From: Octopus vulgaris | Taxonomy: Eukaryota | NCBI GenBank assembly: GCA_951406725.2 | Contig: OX597818.1 | Coordinates: 61,628,001-61,692,000 of the forward strand | Direction of reading: 5' to 3' | DNA: 64,000 bases | Shown: positions 1 through 13,403 of the stretch, piece after piece | Layout of the letters: every line of letters starts with the position of its first letter | Numbering within the stretch: the first letter of the stretch is position 1 | Translations under genes and position numbers: made by a program | The notes under the pieces: generated by a model | Database searches by the model: none | What the model was told of the DNA's origin: nothing | The model's input: only the letters and a program-made list of their open reading frames with translations

Positions 1-310
1 GGCAACGACCACATTCGGATGGTTCTTTTACGTGCCACTGGCACTGGTATCACAAATACAATTTCCATTGATTTTTTATCGATTTCTCCAAGTTAGAAAA
101 GTACTCAAAATGTACTGAGGTTAATTCATGTGATTAGCACACACACGCAACCCATCCCTAAAAAAATTGACCTTCATTTCAGGAGTGGATCCAAAGTTCG
201 ATTCATGACTATTAACTTGAGCTCCTGGACTGTGTGGCATAAAAACTTAGTAGAAACTCAGTAGAAATTTAATATAAACAGCAAACAAAAATGATATAAA
301 AAAGCTGGTT

Positions 311-693
311 TAGGCATGGATGTGTGGTTAAGAAGCTTGCTTTGAAACTATGAACTTTCAGGTTCAGTCCCACAGCACTGCACCCTGGGCAAGTGTCTAC
401 CATACTGCCAGACCAAGCAATGACTTGGTAGTGAATTTGGTAGTCGAAATCTCTGTGGAAGACCATAGTGTGTGCGTGCGTGTGTGTGTTATATTTGTAC
501 CCTAACCTCTACCACTTGACATACAGTGCTGAATTGCTTACATAGCCATAAGTTAGTCATTCAGCAAAAGTGACCAACACAATAAATACAAGACTTAATA
601 TGCACTGGGGTCAATATATTCAACTAAACCCTTTAAGGCAGTACTTCAGCATGGCCACAGTCCAATGGCTGAAACGAGTAAAAGATAAAAAGA
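311..693 (+). mobile_element. tRNA-derived SINE family A, old diverged copy
   Basis: Head ggcatggatgtgtggttaagaagcttgc...ggttcagtcc (A/B boxes), central (TG)n, 3' end cagcatggccacagtccaatggctgaaacgagtaaaagat matching the younger copies. Confidence 0.8.
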
Positions 694-902
694 TGTGAGT
701 TTGGGAAAGATTTGCAACACCCATTGATAAGATAAATCCCATCAGTCCTTCAAAGTATTGACATTGCTTAGCATTGCTGGAGGAAACAGTACTGCCAGTG
801 ACACCAAAATCATGGTGCTTCCCAATTAACAGCTGATGAAGGGAATGTGCAACTCACATGGAGGACATATTCAATCTGTCTCGAGACCTTGCATAAAGCC
901 AC

Positions 903-1300
903 ATCATCATCATCATCATCATCGTCATTTAACGTCCGCTTTCCATGCTGGCATGGGTTGGACGAATGTCTGAGGGCTGGCGAACCAGATGGCTGCACCA
1001 GGCTTCAATCTTGATCTGGCAGAGTTTCTACAGCTGGATGCCCTTCCTGACGCCAACCACTCCGAGAGTGTAGTGGGTGCTTTTACGTACCACCAGCACA
1101 GGGCCAGTCAGGCGGTACTGGCAATGACCTCGTTCCAATTTTTTTACACGTGCCAGTAAGGCGATGCTGGTAACGATCACGCTTGAATGGTGTCTTTTAC
1201 GTGCCACCAGCACGGAGGCCAGATAGCCGCTCCGGCAACGATCACGCTCGGATGGTGCTCTTTAAGGCGACGCTGGTAACGATCACGCCTGAATGGTGGA
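903..1300 (-). mobile_element. (GAT)n-tailed SINE-like retroelement family C with internal tandem subrepeats
   Basis: Reverse complement has ggaagggcatccagctgtagaaac...tccaacccatgccagcatggaaagcggacgttaaa(tga)n, shared with about 10 other copies in the window. Confidence 0.8.
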
Positions 1301-2676
1301 GCGTGATGTAATCACAAAATAGTACACTGAGCTTTTTGCTATATTTATCAAGTACAATGTATCATTACTCAAGGTTCAAATGCTACAAGAATCAATACAT
1401 AATTGTGGTGTAATGTAAAATTCCATTATAAGCCATATACTCTCCTGAAAAACTGACCTTGAGCCTTATCAAAAGAAACTGTGTTTGAACATGTGCAAGT
1501 GCTTAAGTGTATTTGTGAATGCATGTGTGTTCATGCACATACAAAACAATAACAGTGTCATCAATATTTATACTCGTTAGACAATTAACTAAAATGTCTT
1601 TGTTCTTTGATAGCAATAGAATTCAAACGGTTTTAATGATTACCTAGTCAAAATGACTGATATAATAGGGATTTTATTGCCATTATCTGAAAATGGGAAC
1701 GATTGTAAACTGGAACTGAAAACAAATAGCATTGTTTCCAATTTTGTCTAAATCAATATAGACAACAAAACCATGATTCCATAACCTGAGATTTATTAAT
1801 TTTTAGTTGAATGCTGACTAATATTATCTGTTGGGGAATACAATATTGGGAAAATATTTGAAATGAAACAGACTTACACAGAATAAATATATATGTATTT
1901 TTTTAAAAATAAAAACTAAAACTAGCGAAAATCATTTAATGAATACAATCACATTAGGTTGTCTGCAGTAGTATTGTCAAGAGGGTCTTAATTATAAATT
2001 GTTGCATTAGAAACATATAGAGTGAAGCAATCATTCTGAGATATTCAGAGGAAATTGCACACTACTTCACAGATCAAATCTTATGATCTATTCAAATATG
2101 TGTTATCATAGTTAAGCAATTCTGAAAATTATTATACAATTTATAACAATGGTGAGTATATTTGCACCAACGCAATCTTTCAACATTTATTTACATTACT
2201 ATGTTCATATTGCTTTCTATTTCCATATCTCTATTGTAAAAGTGACCAAGCTAGTATACACATAACATATATGAGTCCATATTAAATTAACTATCTAGAA
2301 ACAGCAGTCAAATCCTCCTTTTAGAATTGCTTCTTTGCCCAAACTCCTGCAGCTATCAACATAAAGCTAAGATATGGACACAGATCCTTGCTCCAGGCCC
2401 AACCAATTTAAAACAATTTTGAATAAAACTTACTTTCTAAAACACCCTCTCAGGTCACCATGTCTATAGAATTGTGTAATTCCCTTAAGCGTGGTTAAAA
2501 AATAACATTTTTTCAGGTCACTACAGACAAAAAACCCACAAGCCCTGAGCAAACCTAGTATCAAGTTATATTACACTATGCTGTTTCAGCTTCATCAACA
2601 TCAATTGTAATGATTTATCCATCTGCAAGAGAATTCAAGCTTAAAATGTAGCTGTATAAACATATTTCTACATTCA

Positions 2677-2990
2677 TACCTGTGCTGGTGGCATGTAAAA
2701 AGCACCATGTGAATGTGGCTGTTGCCAGTGCCGCCTTGAGTGGCTTCCGTGTTGGTGGCACGTAAAAAGCACCAACCGACTGTGGCCGTTGTCAGCCTTG
2801 CTTGGCACCTGTACCGGTCGCACATAAAAAGCACCCACTACACTCACGGAGTGGTTGACATCAGGAAGGGGATTCAGCGGTAGAAACACTGCCAGATCAG
2901 ACCGGAGCCTGGTGCAGCCTCCTGGCTTCCCAGACCCCGGTTGAACCATCCAACCCATGCTAGCATGGAAAATGGACGTTAAACGATGAT
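2677..2990 (+). mobile_element. Family C SINE-like element
   Basis: aaaaagcacc subrepeats followed by ...ccaacccatgctagcatggaaaatggacgttaaacgatgat. Confidence 0.8.
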
Positions 2991-3006
2991 ATAAATATCC
3001 ACTGTA

Positions 3007-3189
3007 TTTTTGCTCTGCCTTTTCTATGATGAAGTTGACAATAACATTGTCCTTTTGCTCTGCCTTTTCTATGATGAAGTTGACAATAACATTGTTCTTT
3101 TGCTCTGCCTTTTCTATGATGAAGTTGACAATAACATTGTTCTTTTGCTCTGCCTTTTCTATGATGAAGTTGACAATAACATTGTCCTT
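3007..3189. repeat. 45-bp minisatellite, about 4 copies
   Basis: Unit ttttgctctgccttttctatgatgaagttgacaataacattgt(c/t)c repeated head-to-tail without spacers. Confidence 0.95.
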
Positions 3190-5189
3190 ATGGAAACAAT
3201 TGCTTCTGAGAGCCTCTACAGAAATATTTGGAAAACAGCAGCTTGCAGGAATTTCTGAATGACATGCCTAACAAAAAATTACCAAGAAACTTTTTAGTAC
3301 TGCTGGCCACTTGATGAGCAGTCATGTCTCATGCAGACTGCTTTGCAAAAAAGGTTATTTTTTCCCTCTTCAACATAGTCACACGAATTGCAAGAAGCAG
3401 CAGGCAAATATCCCTTAAATTACATCCAATTGTTATGTATAAGGACATGTCACATTAACTAGTGAAATCCTACATGGCTCTAACATGAAACGATCATCGT
3501 TGGAATGCCTTACATCATGGCTGTTCAGTTAGAATTGACTTCCTTTAAACATTAACACAATACTTGCTGTCGATCCAAAATACCACACAGCAGATCTTCC
3601 AAGACATATTTGATTTATAAATTTTCAATATTATTCACTGCTTCTCTTCATTTTATATAATACCAATACAGATCAATAAGTTTGATGTAACTACATCCAC
3701 TTGAACACATTTTACAGAATCAACAGAAAAATACAGAAAATCTAGCTAAAAGTGCTATTTAATTAGGAATGCTACGCATCAAGAGAGTGAAATTAATTAT
3801 TAAGTTATCTAAATTTACAATAGCACGGCAAATAAGTAAACAGGCTCTAAAATGAGAGTATAAATACAATAAATGATATTTTAAACATTAAAGAATTGCC
3901 TAAGATTCAGTATTCATATATTATTCAAGTTGTAAAAGACTGATTAAGATATTGTGTGCTACAACATGCAAATCTATATAGATATTGATTAGCTAAACAT
4001 AGCTAAGTGTTGAGTGGGAACAGAAATGACCAAGCAGTAATGTGTCACTGTGAATACTCACAGGAAGTACATTTCCAGATAGATCTGGTTTTCTGCATGG
4101 TTAAGGTCACTGATGCAATCATTTGGTATAAATACGAATCAGCCTCGGTTTCCAGAAAGAGAACAAGCTAATATAAAGACTTTTATTACTGCTACTCATC
4201 TACATTGCAAGTTAATGTTCAACGAAGCAGATATAAATCACCATCCTCTCTTGTTTACATCCGAAAAGACAGGTCAGCAAAGCATAAACAAATTACATAT
4301 GACTATCACACAGAAACACTACCACACTGACTGTACCTTAAATCTACAACCATTCATGCTAACTTTATAGAAATATACTAGAATTTGAAGTTATTATCCA
4401 TGATTGCTGAAATCTTTTTTGGTTGTTTTTCTGGAATTTTTTTTTTTTGTTTTCTTTTTTGAAGTTAAAAAAAATGCTTCAACTAAAACTAAATATCCAA
4501 CAAAAATGGATGATTTATATCCAAGAACAAGTTAAGCATTCATGGAACAAGTTATTTCAAAACAAAATTAGTTTGAAATATTTTATTTTTAAAGCATAAA
4601 GAACGCCATAGACATCAGGTCAATCTGTCACTCAGATATTTCAGTTCAGTTGGCTTGCTTTTTGTCGCCAAAACAAGAACATTGTCCGTGACCCATTTAG
4701 TTTCATTTGTTGAGCAGCGTATAAAAAATTTATTACAAAAACTGAAGAATTGGAAGTTACCAATTTGCTAGGCATGAAAGACTATGAAATGTTCATAGAT
4801 AAGACATAACATAGATGTTGAGAAATGGTAGTTTAGCCTCAACTCAACACTAAAACTGAGGTTAAATATCATCAAATGTGTTAATGGCCTGGTCAACCCA
4901 TCTTTTACTTTTCCAAACAGTGTATCTAGGAACATTTTTTTTTCTTTTTCAGATGGTAAGGTTTAGCTTGAGAGTGATTCGTCTTCTTTTTCTAGTAGGT
5001 CAAACAATCACAGAAAAAAAAAATAATACATAAAGCTCCTTCGATGGCCATTCAGAAATGGTTTCATGAGTAAGTTAAAGTACAGTAATGTGTCACCATA
5101 ACTGCATTAGCGTAGAAGAAGTACTCAGAAGACAGCAAGACACTCAAACAATGACCTACTTGCTGATAACCAAAACAAATATGCTATCC

Positions 5190-5481
5190 TATTCTTTTAC
5201 TATTTTGTTTGTTTCAGTCATTTGACTGTAGTCATGCTGGAGCAGCGCCTTTAGTCGAAGAAATCGACCCCAGGACTTATTCTTCCAGTCTCTTTTGTCA
5301 AACTGCTAAGTTACAGGGACGTAAACACACCAGCATTGGTTGTCAAGCAATGTTGGAGGACAAACACAGACACTCAAACATTAATATATATATATATTTA
5401 TTTATGTATTGGTTTATGTCTATCACTGTTTGAGTTGCATAATAGTGGTTTTATCTCTAATTTATATTTTGTGTGTGTGCG

Positions 5482-5517
<36 letters not shown>

Positions 5518-5700
5518 CACACACACACACACACACACGATGGGCTTCTTTCATTTTCTGTCTACCAAATCCACTCACAAGGCTTTGATCAGCCCAAGGC
5601 TATAATAGAAGACACTTGCCCAAGGTGCCATGCAGTGGGACTGAATCCAGAACAATGCGGTTGGTAAGCAAGTCACTTACCACACAGCCACTCCTGTGCC
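5190..5700 (-). mobile_element. SINE family A
   Basis: Full-length match to family A with an expanded central (TA)/(CA) tract. Confidence 0.85.
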
Positions 5701-6088
5701 TATATAAAAAGTATACACCAATAGATGCTATATCTTACTTTAGTTGAGACTGCTAAGTTGCCTTAAAGACAATTGTGTGCAGACCAGTTCTTTGGAAGCA
5801 TCTAGAGCAAGTGAAATTTAATTGACAGAAACTAGGTTGAAGCCCATTGCGTGTTTGTGTCTTAGCAGTACAAACAGATTTTGAGCTGCAACCTTTCATA
5901 TCAAAAATAGTAACTTAGCTACTTGATAGAGATCAAGGAAATACATACCAAAATGAAATTACTGGCAGACTAAAAGCCACAGGAACTGGGGCTTTAGAAC
6001 TGTCACAGTCCAATTACCAGAACCAGTAAAAGAGTGAGATGGCTCCTGAGAATAAAGCAGAAGCTATAATACATGGAAGTAAGTGCAA

Positions 6089-6173
6089 GTATATATATAT
6101 GTGTGTATATATATATATATATGTATGTATATATATATATATATATGTATGTATATATATATATATATGTATG

Positions 6174-6206
<33 letters not shown>

Positions 6207-6253
6207 GTATGTATATATATATATATATGTATGTATATATATATATATGTATG

Positions 6254-6291
<38 letters not shown>

Positions 6292-6319
6292 TGTATGTAT
6301 ATATATATATATATGTATG

Positions 6320-6366
<47 letters not shown>

Positions 6367-6367
6367 G

Positions 6368-6410
<43 letters not shown>

Positions 6411-6471
6411 ATATATATATGTATGTATATATATATATATGTATGTATATATATATGTATATATATATATG

Positions 6472-6536
<65 letters not shown>

Positions 6537-6537
6537 G

Positions 6538-6596
<59 letters not shown>

Positions 6597-6838
6597 TTTG
6601 TTATATATATGTATGTATATATATATATATATATATGTATGTATATATATATGTAATATATGTATGATATATGTATGTATATATATGTATATATATATAT
6701 GTATGTATATATATATATATGTATGTATATATGTATATATATATATATATGTATGTATATATGTATATATATATAATGTATGTATGTATGTATGTATGTA
6801 TGTATGTATGTATGTATGTATGTATGTATGTATGTATG
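6089..6838. repeat. Compound (TA)n/(TATG)n microsatellite, about 750 bp
   Basis: Seen directly; source of the YI-repeat ORFs. Confidence 0.98.
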
Positions 6839-8807
6839 TGAGAAAGAAAGACAGGGAGATTTATATACGTGTAGGGTGGGGTTGTTGAACATGATTGACG
6901 GAAGGTGTTGTTCATTTACTGGAAGCCATCAGAGTTGAAAGCCAAGTAGATTATAATGTTGCCAACACAAGCAACAGAGTACAGAATAGTCTGGTGAGGA
7001 AATGTGAAGAAAGTTAATTTTAGGTATAACCCATATTAGGAAAAGGTCCTTTTTATATATTTGCATATCGTTTTATGAAAGTCTTCTTTATTTTTTTTTT
7101 TTTTTTTAATATCGTGTGAAATCACCTTCTATTTCATTTCAGATCTCTGCCTGCAGATCATTTGCATGTCACATAAATGTAGATTACTAGTGGATACAGA
7201 TTCTCAGAACCTAAACTGATAGACAAAAAGGAGAGATTCTATATGTTATAAGACGAGCTCATTAATAATGGTTTCTATTACTTCGGTAACGTAGGAGATG
7301 AAAGAGCAGAGCTGGTAGAAACAGAGGTGGCTTCTTTCTGAAGGATGAAAGAAACAGTTACATGCTTTGATAATTATATGTAGTTGCATGTAGAGATAGA
7401 TTTCAATGTTTAATTAAAAGAAGACTCAGTTCAGTTGCTGATAGTTGGTAACGACTGCGATGCATGTGCATTTGGTGGTGTTTATGTCAGGATTCAAATA
7501 TTGCGAAGGGAAAGGTTATATGCAAAGATGGAGGAGATCGTAATGCAGTGAAAAAGCGAGAAGGTCGAGACTCCATCAATACGTGATAAAAATAGCTACA
7601 AACTGAAATGAAATATTGATGAAGTTGTTGTTGTTGCTGTTGTATAGCTCCAATGAGTCATGGTTATCAAATGGACTTATGATCAAAGACATTCCAGGCA
7701 TGGCTTTTTAGTCTGCTCTTGGTGGGGTTTTTTTTTTTTGTCACCCAATATGAGCTTTTGTATTTTTTTAAGATAATAAGATATGATTCGCAAGAGATGT
7801 TGCTACCATTGCTAGCCAGTCAAGAGACTGTAGAGGATCCCTCATTAATATGCGATTATGGTGTAGATACGGAAGATGGAAAAGAGCTTCAGAAAGCTTC
7901 TTGAGCTTCTGGGTATTGTTATAAATAACAGCTAAATCGTAGACAATAACCCAAAATGTGAGAGTCAACAAAGAACATAGGCAAGTTCTTGTAAATTCAC
8001 TATTGTAAAATCAATAAACATAAGACAATGTAATTGGCAAAATAATAATGTAGCCAGAATTACATTTCCAAGGGGGTAATTATAAAATTGTTCAGCACAT
8101 TTTTCTTTCTTCAGAATTCCTAAATATCAGCATCAATGATATTTAATCAATTACTACAAATAATATAACAACTATCATACTCAATTAAAAATTCATTTTC
8201 CAAATATATATAGAAACAATCATTCTCTCATTAATTAGAAATCCATATAAATCACAAGCTCTTAAAGAATTCGTAAAGGCTCCTGTTTGACGCAGTTTTC
8301 ACAACATTCTTCACTCTGCAGAATTTTGATTAGATTTAGGGAAATGGGAAAAAAAATGAAATAGCCATAGCAACTAATCCTGAATAAAAATACTAATATT
8401 TTACACAAAATCACAAAGTAAAATTATTAAAATATACACTATTCTTAGAAAAGGATGGTATGGAAATCAATTCATGTGAATAAATAGCAAAGGAAAAATC
8501 GTACATCAAGCATATTTATGGCCTTTTCAGTACAACTAAGTCAGACAGAAGCTAGATCCAGAAGCTAAGAAAAATTTCGATGTAGTAATGGAGAATAATT
8601 GTTTCTCACTTTCTAAATCATGTTCACACAGCTACTGTAGGCTGTTGCTTCTGAAGGTCAACTTAGAGGAATAACTGCTACAATGTTTCGTACAACATGC
8701 AGAATTACTCTGGATAACCATAAGCCTTTTGCTCCAACACAGTAATATCAATAACCAAATAAAAAAAAAATAATACAAATAATGTGATGAGAGAGTATAA
8801 GAGGTAC

Positions 8808-9209
8808 TACTCTTACTCTTTTACTTGTTTTAGTCATTTGACTGCGGCCATGCTGGAGCACCACCTTTAGTCGAACAAATCGACTCCGGGACTTATTCTT
8901 TGTAAGCCCAGTACTTATTCTATCGGTCTCTTTTGCCGAACCGCTAAGTGACGGGGACGTAAACACACCAGCATCGGTGGTCAAGCAATGCTAGGGGGAC
9001 AAACACAAACACACACACACACATACATATATATATACATATATACGACAGGCTTCTTTCAGTTTCTGTCTACCAAATCCACTCACAAGGCATTGGTCGG
9101 CCCAGGGCTATAGCAGAAGACACTTGCCCAAGATGCCACGCAGTGGGACTGAACCCGGAACCATGTGGTTGGTTAGCAAGCTACTTACCACACAGCCACT
9201 CCTGCGCCT
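8808..9209 (-). mobile_element. SINE family A, young full-length copy
   Basis: Reverse complement: ggcgcaggagTGGCTGTGTGGtaagtagc...ccgGGTTCAGTCCcactgcg (Pol III A and B boxes) through (gtaaaaga)n tail; CpGs retained; near-identical to 37950-38350 and 58943-59336. Confidence 0.92.
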
Positions 9210-9251
9210 GTTACTTTTTTTTTTTATTCATGTAATAAAATACCTTGAGAT

Positions 9252-9641
9252 AGGCGCAGGAGTGGCTGCGTGGTAAGTAGCTTGCTTACCAACCACATGG
9301 TTCTGGGTTCAGTCCCACTACGTGGCACCGCGAGCAAGTGTCTTCTACTATAGCCTCAGGCTGACCAGAGCTTTGTGAATGGATTTGGAAGACGGAAACG
9401 GAAAGAAGCCCGTCGTATATATGTATATATATGTGCGTGTGTGTATGTTTGTCTCCAACATCACTTGACAACTGATGCTGGTGTGTTTACACCCCCGTAA
9501 TTTAGCTGTTCAGCAAAAGAGACCAATAGAATAAGTACTAGGCTAACGAAGAATAAGTCCTGGGGTCGATTTGTTCGACTAAAGGCGGTGCTCCAGCATG
9601 GCCACAGTCAAATGACTGAAACAAATTAAAGAATAGAAAGA
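9252..9641 (+). mobile_element. SINE family A, head-to-head with the previous copy
   Basis: Starts aggcgcaggagtggctgcgtggtaag, full length. Confidence 0.92.
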
Positions 9642-9689
9642 ATTCAGAGTGCAACTTTCAAAGAAAATCACCAATGGATCATATCATAT

Positions 9690-10046
9690 CTTTTACATTG
9701 GATTGTGGTCATGCTGGAGCAGCACTTTGGATTAAGTCAAACAAATCGACTGCAGTAGTTTTTCTTTTTTTTTTTTTTCTGATGTATGGCACAATATTGG
9801 TCTTTGTGCTGAACTGCTAGGGTAGAGGTACACCAATCAATACCAACTGTCAAGCACTGGTGAGGAAAAACACATTAAACATACACACAATGGGCTTCCA
9901 TACAGTTTGTATCTACCAAATTTACTCATAAGGTATTAGTTGCCCCAGGGTTATACCAGAAAATACTTGCCCAAGGTGACATGCAGCAGGATTGAACCTG
10001 AAACCACATGGTTGTAAAGTTAGCTCAAACACACAGCTATACCTGC
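9690..10046 (-). mobile_element. SINE family A, old copy
   Basis: Diverged but colinear with family A. Confidence 0.7.
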
Positions 10047-10077
10047 ACGTATGTGGCAAGGCAGTATTAAAAACTTA

Positions 10078-10309
10078 AGGCGGCGAGCTGGCAGAAACGT
10101 TAGCACGCCAGGCGAAATGCGTAGCTGTATTTCGTCTACCGTTACGTTCTGAGTTCAAATTCCGCCGTGTTCGACTTTGCCTTTCATCCTTTCGGGGTCA
10201 ATAAATTAAGTACCAGTTACACACTGGGGTCGATGTAATCAACTTAATCTTTTTGTCTGTCCTTGTTTGTCCCCCCTGTGTTTAGCCCCGTGTGGGTAGT
10301 AAAGAAATA
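10078..10309 (+). mobile_element. tRNA-derived SINE family B (central domain probably MetaSINE-like)
   Basis: ggcggcgagctggcagaaacgttag...gagttcaaattcc...cctttcatcctttcggggtc...aagtaccag; flanked by TSD agtattaaaaactt. Confidence 0.88.
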
Positions 10310-11077
10310 AGTATTAAAAACTTGTCCCATGAATGCTGATGTTATAAATGAGGATAAATTCATAATGCGAAAGCGCATTGTGAAACAGACCAGCTCTAGG
10401 TGGTGCAAAGTGGAACTCGGAGTTCACTGAAGAACAAATGATGTAAAAACTAGAAAAGATTTAACAATGGCATTTTTTCAAACTTTTCCAATGAGATTCC
10501 AATAAAGAAAAAAAAACTTTTGCATGGTGATGATGATAATCTTATGGGTAAAACTAAAGATTACAATGATCAGCCGAATATCTTAGATATATTGAGTAGA
10601 CTGGCATTTGTTTTAATTTTAGTTGTTTATTTTTTTTCCTATTTAAAAGTGACACTCTACCAACGATAAAAACTATCTGGTCTTATTTCTGACAGAGAAT
10701 ATTTTGTTTCTTGTTTTTTTGGCTTTTTATTTCATTTTCCAGTTTTGCTTCTACTAAAAGGCAAGGTAAAAAAAAAAAGAAAAGGAAAAAAACCAAAAAA
10801 ACTACACAATATTATGACATTAATGCTTCCTCCCAAGAGTAACGGTTATGAGTTTACTACTTGGGAGACAAGTTGGTCTTGTCAATTCATCTATGAATTA
10901 AAACATAACTTAGCATAACACTCCAGTGTGTTCTTACAGACTATTTTTAAAGTCTCTTGCAGAGGGAATATTAAGTATGACTTGCTTTTTATTCTCTCGG
11001 ATTCATTCCTGTCATAAGTTTGATGGAAATATTTTCTTAGAGCTTAAAACTGATTTTATAACAATAACAATAACCAG

Positions 11078-11510
11078 TACTGGTGGCACATAAAAAAGCA
11101 CCATTCGAGTGGGGTCGATGCCAGTGCTGGCTGACTGGTCCCATGCCAGTGGCAGGTAAAAAGCACCATTCGAACATGGTCATTGCCAGTGCTACCTGAC
11201 TGGCCTCTGTGCAGGTAGTGCGTAAAAAGCACCATTCGAGCATGGTCATTGCCAGTGCTACCTGACTGGCCTCCGTGCAGGTAGCACATAAAAAGCACCA
11301 TTCAAGCATGGCCTATGCTAGTAATCCCTGCCTGGCCCTTGTGCCAGTGGCAAGTAAAAAGCACCCACTACACTCTTGGAGTGGTTGGCGTTAGGAAGAG
11401 CCAGATTGGAATGGAGCCTGGTACAGCTTTGTGGCTTGCTAGCACTCAGTCAAACCGTCCAACCCATGCCAGCATGGAAAGCAGACGTTAAACAATGATG
11501 ATGATGATGA
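11078..11510 (+). mobile_element. Family C element with ~66-bp internal tandem repeats
   Basis: Repeated aaaaagcaccattcga.catggtcattgccagtgctacctgactggcc units, then the family C 3' end and (GAT)n tail. Confidence 0.85.
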
Positions 11511-12094
11511 ACCAACCCTAGCATTTAAATGATACTTTTTTTATAGGCTTCCTGGCTGACAAAAAACAAAATCTACTCCAAGATTTGCTATGACTGCTTA
11601 CTTTGACTTTACATAACTTGGACAAACTCAAAGAATCAATAATTTGAATTAATTGTAAATGTTAACACTGAGTCACTTCTCACTAAGCAGACCCCAGAAT
11701 CAACCATGTTTATCCATCCTGTATACACTTTCTTTTTATTAGGTGACAGTGTGATTTGAGGGAAATTCAACTACTATTTCTTGTAGGTGGAGTAACTGTC
11801 AATCGGCATAAAATCTTAGGAAGAACAGAATACTACATTTACCATTCATGTCTTTAAGAAAATTAATGCCTTATTAAAGACACAGTGTCTCAAATTTGTA
11901 GGAAGGAAACAGTTTTATTAAACTGAATACTTGACTGGACATTCATTTTGCTGACCACAGAAAGACGAAACACAAACACAGAGATTGAAAGGGTTTGAAC
12001 TCTCAATGTAAAAAGCAGGAACAAATACCCATGCATCAATGACAGTCTCTGAAGGATGTCTGAACTGTTAATAACAACAGCAAAAGTCCCTTAA

Positions 12095-12315
12095 CCCTTT
12101 AGTGTTCACATTATTCTGCCAAAATTAATCCTTTTTCATCCACATTGTTTTGAACTAATCATGCATTATCTTGTAGCTATGAGATTCTGATGAGGTAGCT
12201 GTTAATTTTTAAAACGATATTGTAGGGTTGGTGTGAGAGACCAGATCTGGCCAGTTTGAACATAAAACAGGCAGAATACTTTTGGCCAGATATGGCCGGT
12301 TTAAATGCTAAAGGG
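12095..12315. mobile_element. piggyBac-type MITE
   Basis: TTAA|cccttt ag...ct aaaggg|TTAA: TTAA TSD and CCC-initial TIR; related copies at 14861-15060 and 56670-56858. Confidence 0.85.
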
Positions 12316-12638
12316 TTAAATTACAATTATCTCTAGTCTTAGGACGATGTAGTTCTAGATAGATTATATCTCAGTAAAAGATGGTATACATCACAACTAG
12401 TATGTCTTTAATCATAATCCAGTTGGATCAGTGACTGAACATCTCATAACAGTCAAGTGGTAGAATCCACAAAACCAAATGATGGTCTCTGTCGGCAAAT
12501 AGTAACCAGGCAAAAAATTCATAGAGAGATAAAAGTTTACACCAGAAAAACATTTTATCTTTATCCTCAGAGGGGTCCTTCCCAATAAACATTAGGATTC
12601 AATTCATTAGAGCATAAAATTTATTCTGCTGCTTGAAC

Positions 12639-12679
<41 letters not shown>

Positions 12680-12858
12680 TCTACTATTTCAAACTCTCCA
12701 ATATAACCATGTTTCATCAAGACAGAAAGAAGTCTGCATGTGACTTTAGAATTTGGTCTGATCATCACCGTCTTTTACCACCTCTCTCGGCTGCTTGAAT
12801 GGTATCCAAAGCATAGGAGCTTGTGCTGGCTACCAGAAGAAAAAAAATATATATATAC

Positions 12859-13238
12859 ACTTTTACTTGTTTCAGTCATTTGACTGTGGCCATGCTGGAG
12901 CACCACCTTTAGTCGAACAAATCGACCCCAGGACTTATTCTTAGTTAGCCTAGTACTTATTCTATTGGTCTCTTTTGCCGAACTGCTAAGTTATGGGGAT
13001 GTAAACACACCACCATCGGTTGTCAAGTGATGTTGTGGGGAGAACACACACACACACATATATGTATACATACACACACATGACGGGCTTTTTTCAGTTT
13101 CCGTCTACCAAATCCACTCACAAGGATTTGGTCGGCCTGAGGCTATAATAGAAGACACTTGCCTAAGGTGTCATGCAGTGGGACTGAACCTGGAATCATG
13201 TGGTTGGTTAGCAAGCTACCTACCACAGAGCAGCTCCT
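12859..13238 (-). mobile_element. SINE family A
   Basis: Colinear full-length match. Confidence 0.88.
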
Positions 13239-13372
13239 ATAATATTTACATGAAAAGAATTGCATATTAATTTTCATTTTACCCAGTTTAACTTGAACTT
13301 TTCAATTAAAGAGAAAGCTTTGTTCTGCTGAAACTTGATAGGAAAGTTTCACTTTCACAGTCAATACATGCT

Positions 13373-13403
<31 letters not shown>

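Noticed and set aside
2434-2463. 30-nt minus-strand micro-exon encoding HGDLRGCFR (kinase-like)
   Set aside because: Weak acceptor, no neighbouring kinase exons, and it appears to lie in a transposon-like end
3007-3189. CRISPR-like periodicity (also 29975-30250 and 41960-42600)
   Set aside because: No unique spacers, no cas genes, eukaryotic context
6014-6915. Long ORFs of YI/CV/HT repeats (also at 21.6, 42, 46 and 53.6 kb)
   Set aside because: Translations of dinucleotide microsatellites that lack stop codons
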